A stretch of DNA of 64,000 nt, taken from contig JACKGP010000003.1 of the NCBI GenBank assembly GCA_020631935.1, positions 13,949 to 77,948 on the forward strand. The letters run 5' to 3'. The notes below the pieces were generated by a model. The model did not search any database. It was not told where the DNA came from and was given only the letters and a program-made list of their open reading frames with translations. Source of the stretch: Candidatus Nomurabacteria bacterium. GTDB lineage: Bacteria > Patescibacteriota > Saccharimonadia > Saccharimonadales > Saccharimonadaceae. The translations under genes were made by a program, and so were the position numbers. How positions within the stretch are numbered: position 1 is the first letter of the stretch; every line of letters starts with the position of its first letter. Shown one piece after another: positions 1-9,158 of the stretch.

Positions 1-78
1 CAAAGTTGTGACATGGTCTTGCCCAACAATCTCGTCCAATGATCGTGACCGATACTTTCGATATAGCGCCTTCCCCAT
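1..78 (-). CDS. dnaX: DNA polymerase III subunit gamma/tau, N-terminal fragment (continues off the window)
   Basis: Reverse translation of 78..1 gives MGKALYRKYRSRSLDEIVGQDHVTTL, the conserved DnaX N-terminus. TATAAT lies 7 nt upstream of the ATG. Confidence 0.6.
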   Translation of the reverse strand, partial: MGKALYRKYRSRSLDEIVGQDHVTTL

Positions 79-120
79 TAGTTATATTATACAGGAACAG
101 GCAGCCTTTTCTTTTTATCG

Positions 121-702
121 CTAGATTTTTCCACCTTCGCGCTGATAGCATTTACCACATAGCGAGTCATACTCAATGTCATTTTCGCCGTCGATGGCAA
201 CCTGGCTGCCGTCAAATACGTAGTCGCCGTTTACTTTGCGGGTATTAAACTCTGCCTGAGAGCTGCAAAAGCACATCGTGGGTAGCTTTTCTATATTGTC
301 GGCAAGCTCCAGAAGCCGCTTACTTCCCGGAAACATTTCAGTGCGAAAGTCGGTACGCAGACCGTATGCGATTACTGATATATCATCTTGTTTTGCCAGA
401 GAAAAAAGTTGACACACCTGGTCTTCATTTAGAAACTGAGCTTCATCTACCAGCACGCATGCCAAGGCACTTTTACCCAATTCATGTACAGATTTGCGAA
501 TATCGGTGTCCTTATCTGCTAGTATATCGACTCTTCTTTCGTGGCCACCGCGCGCAGATATGCGATCATCGCCCTTTGTGTCGATCGCTGGTTTTATTGT
601 AGCTACGTCCAAGCCGCGCTCTTCGTAGTTATATGCAGTTTTTATGAGTGTGTCGCTTTTCCCGCTATTCATCGCCCCATATTTAAAGTGTAGTTTTGCC
701 AT
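121..702 (-). CDS. tdk: thymidine kinase
   Basis: 193 aa with P-loop GAMNSGKS, a VDEAQF motif and C-terminal Cys pairs (MCFC...CGKC) typical of TK. Confidence 0.9.
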   Translation of the reverse strand: MAKLHFKYGAMNSGKSDTLIKTAYNYEERGLDVATIKPAIDTKGDDRISARGGHERRVDILADKDTDIRKSVHELGKSALACVLVDEAQFLNEDQVCQLFSLAKQDDISVIAYGLRTDFRTEMFPGSKRLLELADNIEKLPTMCFCSSQAEFNTRKVNGDYVFDGSQVAIDGENDIEYDSLCGKCYQREGGKI

Positions 703-774
703 ATTAAAATTATAGCAAAGTAAAATCTAGATTCGATTGTATAACTAAAATCTCCGCAATAGTGTGGTGAGTTG

Positions 775-1347
775 CTACAGAGCTGCTTCTACAGCCGCCC
801 AGCTGGCGTCTGGGTTGTCGGTTGGGACTATTATGGTTACCTGATCCCCAACGTTTATTCGGAAGTATGTTACGCTAGCAAGCAGAATTCGGTATTCTTT
901 ACCGTTAGCTTCTACGTAGTAGGCGCCATCGTGTTGCTGTAGTGTGCCAATAATCTGAGTTCTTTCAACTGGGCCGATTTGCTTGTAGATAAAGCTTCCG
1001 TCGTCTGCAATGGTTAACTTTAGTATGTCGCCCTCAACAAGTTTTGACTTAGAAGCGTAGTTGGCGGGTACGGGATATTCTTTTCCGTCTGGTCCGGCCA
1101 TTTTCTGGCCATCGAAAACGCCCTCAACAACCTTTCCAGTTACATTTTCTCTACTATTTGATGGTGTTACGATGGAGTCATCCTCCCCTAGGATGCTCAT
1201 CAATAGTTCTTTTGCAGCTGCCATGTTTGTTTCGGCATCTGAGATAAGCGCACGCAAGCGCTTGACTTGTTTCTCTGGTAAATCAGACATAATTCTCGCA
1301 GTTTCCTTGTCTGTTTTTAATATAGTATTACTACCATTATATATCAA
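775..1347 (-). CDS. hypothetical protein
   Basis: 190-aa ORF with no recognisable motif. An alternative start is M20 (ATG at 1290, MSDLPEKQ). Confidence 0.5.
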   Translation of the reverse strand: MIYNGSNTILKTDKETARIMSDLPEKQVKRLRALISDAETNMAAAKELLMSILGEDDSIVTPSNSRENVTGKVVEGVFDGQKMAGPDGKEYPVPANYASKSKLVEGDILKLTIADDGSFIYKQIGPVERTQIIGTLQQHDGAYYVEANGKEYRILLASVTYFRINVGDQVTIIVPTDNPDASWAAVEAAL

Positions 1348-1449
1348 ACAGACGTAGTGTCGTCAAGCCCATAATTATCCACACACTTTCTCGAGATATA
1401 ATTAAAACTGTTGTATTATTGTATATTCATTCATTATTTATCCCCCAGT

Positions 1450-1484
1450 AAAATACCCCGCACTGGAACGTACGGGGTATTTTT
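1450..1484 (-). terminator. intrinsic terminator after rplL (symmetric hairpin)
   Basis: Stem AAAATACCCCG / CGGGGTATTTT with flanking T/A runs, about 35 nt downstream of the rplL stop. Confidence 0.7.
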
Positions 1485-1518
1485 GTAAGACAATGCGGTC
1501 GTTAAAAGTATTTGAACT

Positions 1519-1902
1519 TTAGACAAGCTCAACAGTAGCGCCAGCTTCTTCAAGAGCTTTCTTGGCAGCTTCAGCTTCTTCTTTTGGAAGGTTTTCCTTG
1601 ACGTTAGCTGGAGTATCATCAACGATAGCTTTAGCTTCACCAAGACCAAGACCAGTAATCTCCTTAACAGCCTTGATAACAGCAACTTTCTGTGCGCCTG
1701 CATCAGCTAGCTTAACTGTGAATTCTGATTTTTCGTCAGCGGCAGCGGCGCCAGCGTCACCGCCAGCAGCTGGACCAGCAACTGCAACAGCAGCGGCAGC
1801 TGGTTCGATACCGTATTCATCTTTTAGGATAGTTTTTAGTTCGTTTACCTCTAATACTGTTAGCTTTGTCAAGCTTTCAGCTAGTTTCTTTACATCAGCC
1901 AT
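1519..1902 (-). CDS. rplL: ribosomal protein bL12 (L7/L12)
   Basis: 127 aa with an Ala-rich hinge and a C-terminal ...[19 protein letters not shown]. Confidence 0.95.
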   Translation of the reverse strand: MADVKKLAESLTKLTVLEVNELKTILKDEYGIEPAAAAVAVAGPAAGGDAGAAAADEKSEFTVKLADAGAQKVAVIKAVKEITGLGLGEAKAIVDDTPANVKENLPKEEAEAAKKALEEAGATVELV

Positions 1903-1989
1903 ATAGACTCCTTATTTAATTGTTCGATAGTTTTTCGTACTAAATTTATACGAAAAGCTTTCTCATGTTATGTAGTAATTATTTACAGC

Positions 1990-2514
1990 TTAAGCTGTAG
2001 CTTTGGCTTCAATGCCATCAAGTAGTGCATGTATGTTGCCAGAAAGTGCGTTTGTAGTGTCGTGCACTGGGCTAAGTAGCTGTGCAACGACCTCAGCGAT
2101 AAGCTGATCCTTGCTAGGTAGACTAGCGAGCGCCTTCACTTCGGCATCTGCAAGAGCAGCGCCTTCTGCAGAGAATCCACCAGCAAGCTCTAGCTCGCTG
2201 TGTTTTTTCGCAAAAGAGTCAAGCACCTTGCTTGGTGCGACTTCATCTTCGCTGCTAAAAGCATAGATTAACTGACCCTCAAGCGCAGACGTGTCTGTTG
2301 ACTTGAAAGTGTCAGAGCTCTCCATTGCTACTCGAACCAAACGATTCTTAACAACGATTAGCTGTACGTTTAACTCTCGGGCGTCTGCACGAAGCTCTTG
2401 TAGATCGGCAACAGTAAGACCAGTGTAGCGTGCAAATGCAACCGCTTTTGTGTCCTTGAATGCATCCTTGATTTTGGCAACCAAAGCTTGTTTCTTATCT
2501 CGTGAAATTGCCAC
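1990..2514 (-). CDS. rplJ: ribosomal protein uL10
   Basis: 174 aa with a GTG start preceded by AAAGGAG. Lies directly upstream of rplL and has an L10-like sequence. Confidence 0.9.
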   Translation of the reverse strand: MAISRDKKQALVAKIKDAFKDTKAVAFARYTGLTVADLQELRADARELNVQLIVVKNRLVRVAMESSDTFKSTDTSALEGQLIYAFSSEDEVAPSKVLDSFAKKHSELELAGGFSAEGAALADAEVKALASLPSKDQLIAEVVAQLLSPVHDTTNALSGNIHALLDGIEAKATA

Positions 2515-2666
2515 TTGATAATCTCCTTTGCTTTAGTTTGTTCGACCACATTGTTAAAGGTCGACACTACTTTTAAGAGTAGAAACAAGTAAATTGCCTC
2601 GGTAGCAAATTAAGTCAGTCGCGATTATCGCTATGACGGCTACTGTCTTTGGTAATGTCTGGATGA

Positions 2667-2695
2667 ATCATAGCAAACAATCACAGAGCTGTCAA
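2667..2695 (-). promoter_or_regulatory. sigma70-type promoter for rplJ-rplL
   Basis: On the minus strand: TTGACA, a 17-nt spacer, then TATGAT. It lies about 150 nt upstream of the rplJ start, leaving a hairpin-rich leader. Confidence 0.55.
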
Positions 2696-2744
2696 CAGGG
2701 GTGTATATTGCATTAGCATAATTTTTGTGCTATAATACTGTTTT

Positions 2745-3584
2745 GTGAATTTGATAGAGAATAAGATTGACCTAAATTCAAGCAGTCCCTTGCCGCTAGT
2801 ACCCTATTTTCCAGGCTCTCTTACTTATGGAGAAATTCCAAACAGCTATGTACGACAGGTACTAGAAGACAACGATTCGTCCATTGTCCCGCCCGAGGTT
2901 TTGGCCAATGTTTTGCATGAAAACTTTAGGCGTCGTGTTAACGAAGCGAACGGTACATTATCTGGCGACCCCGAATTTTCTAGTTTATTCGATGAAGATG
3001 GTCGGTTTATGAGCGACGGCGAAGATGATATGGTGAACTATTCCATATTTAGACAGGTCGACTCTAGTGGTAGCGCCTCAGTCGCTGCCAGACTCGATCT
3101 GTTTATTGATAATCCGTACTCTGCTGGAAAGATGTCGGCATATGAGATATATGCACGTACTCGATTTAATGAGAGAGATCTATACGATGTTAGCTTCGCT
3201 ACTAGTTGCCTGAAGATAGTTGCAGCCAGTAGGGGTATTGGAGTCAATTATGATGTAGAGCGAAGTGAGCCAAAGCTAACCAGAATTGTTGAAGACGATA
3301 AAAAACGTAAGTTTGGCGTAGTCACCACAAAGGCCGCTGTCGGATCGCTAATACTTGGCAGTGAAGATTTTGTCACGCTAAAGAGTCGTCAGGCGGGTGC
3401 TATACCCTTTGATAATCTGCAGTCCAAAGAGCAGGATTTGCTATATTCGCTTTACAAGCACCCTAGGCGAAAGGGCCGGACTGATAAGTTGATGGAAGAT
3501 CGAAAAAAACTTGGTGAACTGATTGAAGACAATCCTGAACTTGCTTTACCTATAGTAGAATCAATTTACGTAGCCAGAAATTAA
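2745..3584 (+). CDS. hypothetical protein
   Basis: 279-aa ORF with a GTG start 8 nt after TGcTATAAT (2731-2736). No recognisable domain. Confidence 0.55.
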   Translation: MNLIENKIDLNSSSPLPLVPYFPGSLTYGEIPNSYVRQVLEDNDSSIVPPEVLANVLHENFRRRVNEANGTLSGDPEFSSLFDEDGRFMSDGEDDMVNYSIFRQVDSSGSASVAARLDLFIDNPYSAGKMSAYEIYARTRFNERDLYDVSFATSCLKIVAASRGIGVNYDVERSEPKLTRIVEDDKKRKFGVVTTKAAVGSLILGSEDFVTLKSRQAGAIPFDNLQSKEQDLLYSLYKHPRRKGRTDKLMEDRKKLGELIEDNPELALPIVESIYVARN

Positions 3585-4238
3585 CAACCTAATCTCTTGT
3601 TGAATATCTTCTATCGATCGTAAGCTGCTGTGGCTCATGCACTCAATCGCAGTAAACTCCTCTGGGTATATTTCACACAGTTCGCTATAGTTGCGCTTGG
3701 CTAGCTCTAGGTGATTTGCGTCGGCCTCGTGAATATCTCTCTTTTTGTCTGTATAGCTACGAGTCGCCTTTTTGTCTACGTTCTTCTGGGCTATTGCCGT
3801 CGGAACGATTAGAACTATATTTTTACTTGGTCTCGGTATGGCGAGTACCTCATACTCTGTTTTTAGGGTTTGGCTGTAAAAAGCTTTTCTATCATTAGCA
3901 TTAGCTACTTTGGTGCCTTGATGGGCCAGGTTGCTGGCCATATATCTATCTGCAATTACAAGTGAGCTTGGCTTTTCTAGGTGATTTTTAATTTTTTCTT
4001 TGGCGGCAAATCTATCGATAGCAAAAGGCAGTACGCCCAAGTCGGCGGGTACGTTGTTTGCGTCGCCATAAACTCCGTTTAGGTATTTTTCAGCGTAGTA
4101 GGCTGACGGCTCGCCGTATTGCGGGAAGCTAATCTTGAGCACGTCGAGACCTTGCTCTGTCGCCCATTCAGACAACATCATTGATTGCGTGCCCTTTCCT
4201 GAGCCGTCACCTCCCTCGATAGCGATAAAATGTCCCAT
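3561..4238 (-). CDS. tmk: thymidylate kinase
   Basis: 225 aa. The N-terminal FIAIEGGDGSGKGTQ P-loop is typical of dTMP kinase. Confidence 0.9.
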   Translation of the reverse strand: MGHFIAIEGGDGSGKGTQSMMLSEWATEQGLDVLKISFPQYGEPSAYYAEKYLNGVYGDANNVPADLGVLPFAIDRFAAKEKIKNHLEKPSSLVIADRYMASNLAHQGTKVANANDRKAFYSQTLKTEYEVLAIPRPSKNIVLIVPTAIAQKNVDKKATRSYTDKKRDIHEADANHLELAKRNYSELCEIYPEEFTAIECMSHSSLRSIEDIQQEIRLLISGYVN

Positions 4239-4239
4239 T

Positions 4240-4962
4240 TTATTTTATGCCCACTGCTAAGCCGTCAATTTTAGGCGTAGGAATTCTTTGGTCCCTAAAG
4301 GCGCGCGGTAGCATATCTTGTGGCTTCCAGGTAGCAATTAATTCTTCTAGGTTGTCGGTGTGTTGATATTTTCCGCTCATTCCCTCGCGTCCACTTGCAT
4401 AGCCACCCTCGACTGGTCCGGTGCGATGAAATATTAGCTGGCCAATACGCTCTCCTACTGGTAAAACTACGCTTTCGTTCATATTTAAGTTGTAGATTTC
4501 CAGTGTAATTCGGTTTATATAACCTGGGTCTACCCATCCAGCGTCAAAACAGACCGCTACGCCATTTCGTCCCCAGCTAGAGCGGCTCTTTACTTCACAG
4601 GCCCCTCCATGGGCGCGTATTCCAACGAACTCATGGGTATGGGCTAGTATTCTCTCCCCGGGGCGCAATACTATAATTGGGTGATTTTCAGGTACATTCG
4701 TAAATAGTTCCTTATTATATTTTTTGCACCATTCAGCATGCGGCATGGCCTCGAGCGGGCCCTTGAAATAGCGATCTACATCTTCTTTATCAAATGGGTT
4801 ATATACACCATCTGGCTCTATTTTACTTTCTTGTTTGTAAAAGTAGTGACCGAGTGTAAAGTCTAGGCTCGCCTCCGAAACGTGTTTGTCATTAAATGGT
4901 ACACAGACAATTGTACCGTCATCAACAGCCGATAAGATCTCCGTGTTTGAATATACCCCCAT
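4240..4962 (-). CDS. dcd: dCTP deaminase family protein (possibly bifunctional dCTP deaminase/dUTPase)
   Basis: 240 aa with the SLDFTLG motif, KSRSSWGRNG, and DPGYINRITLEIYN...IGQLIF, as in the dCTP deaminase/dUTPase fold. Confidence 0.7.
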   Translation of the reverse strand: MGVYSNTEILSAVDDGTIVCVPFNDKHVSEASLDFTLGHYFYKQESKIEPDGVYNPFDKEDVDRYFKGPLEAMPHAEWCKKYNKELFTNVPENHPIIVLRPGERILAHTHEFVGIRAHGGACEVKSRSSWGRNGVAVCFDAGWVDPGYINRITLEIYNLNMNESVVLPVGERIGQLIFHRTGPVEGGYASGREGMSGKYQHTDNLEELIATWKPQDMLPRAFRDQRIPTPKIDGLAVGIK

Positions 4963-4997
4963 AAGCTGACTTCATTGTATCATGCTAGAATGGTGAT

Positions 4998-5483
4998 ATG
5001 AAATCGATCATTGTAGCTATGGATAAGAACAATGGAATCGGAGCCAAGGGTGATTTGCCGTGGGGTCGTAGTCTGCCGGATGATTTGGCTCATTTCAAAA
5101 AGCTTACTACAGGAGGTTCTGTGATTATGGGACGCAAGACTTTCGAGAGTATAGGTTCGAAGCCTCTACCGAACCGTGAAAATATCGTTGTGTCGTCTAG
5201 GCCGACAGGAGTTCAGGGCGTTTTGACTGCGCGGTCTATGCCTGCAGCGCTAGCCTTGGCTCGCTATGAGGTATTTTTTATTGGCGGTGAAGATATATTT
5301 TTAGAGGCACTTAATGAAGTGGACGCTATACACGCAACGATGATAGACGCTGAATTCCCAGAAGCGGATGTGTTTTTTCCGCAAATAAATTCGCAAGACT
5401 GGCGAGAGGTGTCTCGTAATCATCACGAAGCAGATAAAGACAATAAATACGCCTTCGATATCGTAGAGTACGAAAGAGCCTAG
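4998..5483 (+). CDS. folA: dihydrofolate reductase
   Basis: 161 aa with [18 protein letters not shown] and [10 protein letters not shown] motifs. Confidence 0.9.
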   Translation: MKSIIVAMDKNNGIGAKGDLPWGRSLPDDLAHFKKLTTGGSVIMGRKTFESIGSKPLPNRENIVVSSRPTGVQGVLTARSMPAALALARYEVFFIGGEDIFLEALNEVDAIHATMIDAEFPEADVFFPQINSQDWREVSRNHHEADKDNKYAFDIVEYERA

Positions 5484-6400
5484 ACTGCAATCGGTGCCTT
5501 TATGGCTGGATATGGATCATAGCCATCTAGCCTAATGTCATCAAATGTGAAGTCGTCTATATTTTTTATTTCTTTGTTTAGAGCCAGCCTCGGCAATGCT
5601 CGCGGTGTACGCGACAGTTGTTCGTCAACCTGATCTAGGTGATTTAAGTAAAGATGGGTGTCAATGGTAGTGTGCACAAATTCGCCAGGGACTTTGTCTG
5701 TTACCTGAGCAACCATGCTTTGCAGTAGCGCATACGATGCAATATTGAATGGCACACCCAGAAATGAGTCGGCACTGCGCTGAGTCAGGTGTAGATCTAG
5801 TCTATTTTCAGTTACGCCAAATTGAAACATGGTGTGGCATGGTGGCAGGCCGCCAGCGGCTGCTATATCGTCAATCTCGGCTACATTCCAGGCGCTAACG
5901 ATATTTCGTCTGCTACCAGGATCATTTTTAATGGTATCAATCGCCTGTGCTATCTGGTCAATGTGGCCGCCATTTCCATCTGGCCACTTACGCCACTGTA
6001 CGCCGTAAACTGGCCCTAGGTCGCCCCACTCTTTGGCAAATGCGTGATCTGTCGCTACCCTGCCTATAAACTCGCCCATCTGATTTCTCCATTCATCAGA
6101 GTTCACTTCTGGAATCGGTAGATTATTCTTTTCTAGGTATGCCTTAAAGGGCCACTCATCCCAGATGTGCACATTGTTTTGAGCTAAATATTCTATGTTT
6201 CCACTCCCTTTTAGAAACCACAGAAGTTCGTGGACTACTGAGTTAAAATATAGTTTCTTGGTTGTTACGGCTGGAAATCCCTCGCTTAAGTCGTAGCGAG
6301 TTTGACGTCCGAAAACACTTTTGGTGCCGACCCCGGTACGGTCTGTCTTTTCGTCGCCATTTTCTTTTATGTCCTGCAGCAGATCTAGATATTGCTTCAT
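5480..6400 (-). CDS. thyA: thymidylate synthase (ThyA type)
   Basis: 306 aa with DRTGVGT, the LPPCH active-site Cys context and [18 protein letters not shown]. Confidence 0.95.
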   Translation of the reverse strand: MKQYLDLLQDIKENGDEKTDRTGVGTKSVFGRQTRYDLSEGFPAVTTKKLYFNSVVHELLWFLKGSGNIEYLAQNNVHIWDEWPFKAYLEKNNLPIPEVNSDEWRNQMGEFIGRVATDHAFAKEWGDLGPVYGVQWRKWPDGNGGHIDQIAQAIDTIKNDPGSRRNIVSAWNVAEIDDIAAAGGLPPCHTMFQFGVTENRLDLHLTQRSADSFLGVPFNIASYALLQSMVAQVTDKVPGEFVHTTIDTHLYLNHLDQVDEQLSRTPRALPRLALNKEIKNIDDFTFDDIRLDGYDPYPAIKAPIAV

Positions 6401-6435
6401 ATATCCCCCTTGATTACATCTTATTATACAAGAAA

Positions 6436-6459
6436 TCCTCTTGCACTGGGCAAGAGGAG
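6436..6459 (-). terminator. intrinsic terminator after rplA
   Basis: Stem TCCTCTTGC / GCAAGAGGA with a 5-nt loop, followed on the minus strand by TTTCTTGT and then the thyA TATAAT box. Confidence 0.6.
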
Positions 6460-6525
6460 ATTGTGTTATGTATTAGAACGATAGCTGAGGGTAGACGTAC
6501 GGCTCCGTCCTAGACTTAGAACAGA

Positions 6526-7497
6526 TTAGGAAACGACGTTTTCAACTTTTATACCAGGACCCATACTGGTAGTAATGGCTGTTGACTTAACATAGACACC
6601 CTTTAAAGAGCTTGGCTTCTGCGCCTGTAGGCTGTCGAAGAAACTCTGGGCGTTTTGCTCTAGCTTGGTTGCGCCGAATGAAACCTTGCCGATAGCCAGG
6701 TGAACTATAGACTGCTTGTCTACGCGGTATTCAACCTTGCCTGCTTTTGCTTCACTTACGGCTTTTGCTACGTCGGTAGCAACTGTACCAGCTTTTGGAT
6801 TTGGCATTAGTCCGCGCGGGCCGAGTAGACGTGCATATTTTCCTAGGCGTGCCATGTATTGAGGTGTTGACACTAGCACGTCAAAGTTTAGGTTTTCTCT
6901 GTCTAGCTGCTTCAAGAAGTCATCATCTCCAACTACGTCAGCGCCGGCTTTTTTAGCTTCAGAGTGGCTATCTTCGGGGGCAAACACAGCAACGCGCAGT
7001 GTGCGACCAGTCCCGTTTGGCAATACTACAGTTGCGCGGATATTCTGATCTGCTTGACGAGGGTCAACTCCTAGGCGAACATGAACTTCAACGCTAGCGT
7101 CAAACTTAGTCGTGCTAGTTTCAACAGCCAACTTCATAGCGTCAGATAGATTGTAAAGCTTGCCAGTTTCGATCTTCTTGGCTACTTCTTGGTATTTTTT
7201 GCCACGACGCTCAATTAGAGGACGAACAATTGGCTTCGGGCCTTTTTTTACGGTTGCCTCACCGCCCTCTTGAGGTGTAGTGTCGCCAGCTTCTTTGCGA
7301 GCCTCTTTTTCGGCCTTGGCCTCTGCTTCGTCTAATGATTTTTGCGAGCGCTTTCCGGCTTTTGCAGTGGTTGCTTCGCGAACTTCGTGCTTCTCGGCGG
7401 TAGCGATTGCAGATTCAATCTCTGCAATAGTGTTTTTCTCTGAAACATCCAGCTTCAGTTCTTTTGCTTTGTCAAGCAAGTCGGCTTTTTTTGCCAT
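6526..7497 (-). CDS. rplA: ribosomal protein uL1 with ~95-aa N-terminal extension
   Basis: 323 aa. The canonical L1 core starts near [13 protein letters not shown]...[10 protein letters not shown]. The N-terminus is an extra Lys/Glu/Ala-rich segment. Confidence 0.9.
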   Translation of the reverse strand: MAKKADLLDKAKELKLDVSEKNTIAEIESAIATAEKHEVREATTAKAGKRSQKSLDEAEAKAEKEARKEAGDTTPQEGGEATVKKGPKPIVRPLIERRGKKYQEVAKKIETGKLYNLSDAMKLAVETSTTKFDASVEVHVRLGVDPRQADQNIRATVVLPNGTGRTLRVAVFAPEDSHSEAKKAGADVVGDDDFLKQLDRENLNFDVLVSTPQYMARLGKYARLLGPRGLMPNPKAGTVATDVAKAVSEAKAGKVEYRVDKQSIVHLAIGKVSFGATKLEQNAQSFFDSLQAQKPSSLKGVYVKSTAITTSMGPGIKVENVVS

Positions 7498-7576
7498 AGT
7501 AATTAAAAAATCCTTTCTGTGGTATTAGCGGCGTTTTATTCGCCTCCCATCATTGATATAGTTCTCTTATTATAAC

Positions 7577-7607
7577 AAAAACCACCTCAGTTGTCGAGGT
7601 GGTTTTG
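7577..7607 (-). terminator. hairpin/terminator between rplK and rplA
   Basis: Stem AAAACCACCTC / GAGGTGGTTTT, followed on the minus strand by TGTTATAA (a possible -10 for rplA). Confidence 0.55.
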
Positions 7608-7624
7608 CTAAGCAGCTTCAAATA

Positions 7625-8050
7625 TTAGTCTACTACTTCTACGCCCATTGAACGGGCGCTACCAGCTACAACTTTAACTGCGCCGTCTAGATCGATTGCA
7701 TTTAGCTGATCTTTTTTGGCTTCGGCAATTTCTTCTAGTTGCTTGCGAGTAATTTTGCCAACCTTATCTGAGTGCGGCTTGCCACTTCCCTTTTTGATAC
7801 CAATTTTGTCTCGGATCATGTCGTCAACTGGCTGGCCTAGGCTTCTCCAGGTAAAGGTGCGATCTTCGTAGACCTGAATATGAACAATGACGTCCTTGCC
7901 CATGTCGCCCTTTGTCGCTTCATTGAATGGATTGATAAAATCCATCATGTTTAAGCCCCATTGACCAAGCGTAGAACCGACAGGAGGACCTGCGGTCGCG
8001 CGACCAGCTGGGATTCGCAACTTCAAGTTGCCGATAATTTTCTTCGCCAT
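7625..8050 (-). CDS. rplK: ribosomal protein uL11
   Basis: 141 aa with KLRIPAGRATAGPPVGSTLGQWGLN typical of L11. Confidence 0.95.
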   Translation of the reverse strand: MAKKIIGNLKLRIPAGRATAGPPVGSTLGQWGLNMMDFINPFNEATKGDMGKDVIVHIQVYEDRTFTWRSLGQPVDDMIRDKIGIKKGSGKPHSDKVGKITRKQLEEIAEAKKDQLNAIDLDGAVKVVAGSARSMGVEVVD

Positions 8051-8116
8051 ATGCTTTAAGTTTCCTTTTAGATTACTGCTAAATTTTGAAGCATTTCGCA
8101 GTGCGTAACTGCTGCA

Positions 8117-8662
8117 TTATACCTTTTTTACCTGTAGTGCGTCAAGTTCTACAGGTGTGTCGCGGCCAAACATACTGACCATAACCTTGAGCTTGCCCTT
8201 GCTGGTGTCGATTTCAGCAATGCTGCCGTCGAATCCTTTAAATGGACCATCTACGATACTGACAACTTCACCTTCAGCAAAGTCAATCTGATGCTTAGGA
8301 TCCTCGACGCCCATACGCTTCTTGATTTTAGCGATTTCTTTGTCACTAACAGGAGTTGGTGTAGTATCTGCACCAACGAATCCAGTTACACCTGGTGTAT
8401 TTCGTACGATGTACCAAGTCTCATCAGTAAGTTTCATTTCAACCAAAACATAGCCCTGAAAAATCTTAGCCTCAACAACTTTTCGTTTACCGTTTTTTAT
8501 CTGAATCTGCTTTTCTTTAGGCACCATAACGTCGAAAATCTTGTCGGCCATATCAACGGCATTAATACGCTGATGGATACTGTCGGCAACCTTTTCTTCA
8601 TAGCCTGCATAAGTGTGGATTGCGTACCACTGCCTAGTTGAATCGTAACGATGCTTGCTCAC
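8117..8662 (-). CDS. nusG: transcription termination/antitermination factor NusG
   Basis: 181 aa with an NGN domain (WYAIHTYAGYE) and a KOW motif (GEVVSIVDGPFKGFDGSI). Confidence 0.95.
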   Translation of the reverse strand: MSKHRYDSTRQWYAIHTYAGYEEKVADSIHQRINAVDMADKIFDVMVPKEKQIQIKNGKRKVVEAKIFQGYVLVEMKLTDETWYIVRNTPGVTGFVGADTTPTPVSDKEIAKIKKRMGVEDPKHQIDFAEGEVVSIVDGPFKGFDGSIAEIDTSKGKLKVMVSMFGRDTPVELDALQVKKV

Positions 8663-8675
8663 GAGAATTTCTCCT

Positions 8676-9149
8676 TTATGTTAGTAATGATTCGAATAAT
8701 GTTTTGAAGCCAGCGTCTAGTAGCATAATAAATAGAACGTAGAAGCCTGAAAATACCAATACGGCAAATGTTAGGCTCCAGGTAGCTTTTCTGGTAGGCC
8801 AGTGAACTTGTTTTAGCTCAATCCAAGAGTTCTTGAAGTAGCCTAGGAATGATCGGAGCCAGCCGCCACGTTTTTTAGCTAGGTTTGCTGAGGTTTTTTT
8901 CTCTACTGGTTTTTTAGTAGCTTTCTTGTCTGCCGCCACTTTCACAGACCTACTAGTAGAAGCCTTCTTCGTTTTTGAAGATTTTGAATCAGACGCTTTA
9001 ATGCGCACAACTTTAGAGCTTGCTTCCTCAGTCTTGTTACTTGATTTGGTATCTGACTTTCTCTTTGCCACCTTCTTCTCCCAATCTAAAAGTCTGCTTC
9101 GGGGCAGACTGTCAAGTACTATGTTACTACTAAGGCTGGAGTTAGTCAA
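8676..9149 (-). CDS. secE: preprotein translocase subunit SecE with long Lys/Ser-rich N-terminal tail
   Basis: The C-terminal ELKQVHWPTRKATW plus a single TM helix is SecE-like, and the gene lies upstream of nusG. About 100 aa of K/S/T-rich tail precede it. Confidence 0.8.
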   Translation of the reverse strand: MTNSSLSSNIVLDSLPRSRLLDWEKKVAKRKSDTKSSNKTEEASSKVVRIKASDSKSSKTKKASTSRSVKVAADKKATKKPVEKKTSANLAKKRGGWLRSFLGYFKNSWIELKQVHWPTRKATWSLTFAVLVFSGFYVLFIMLLDAGFKTLFESLLT

Positions 9150-9158
9150 CTTATAATA

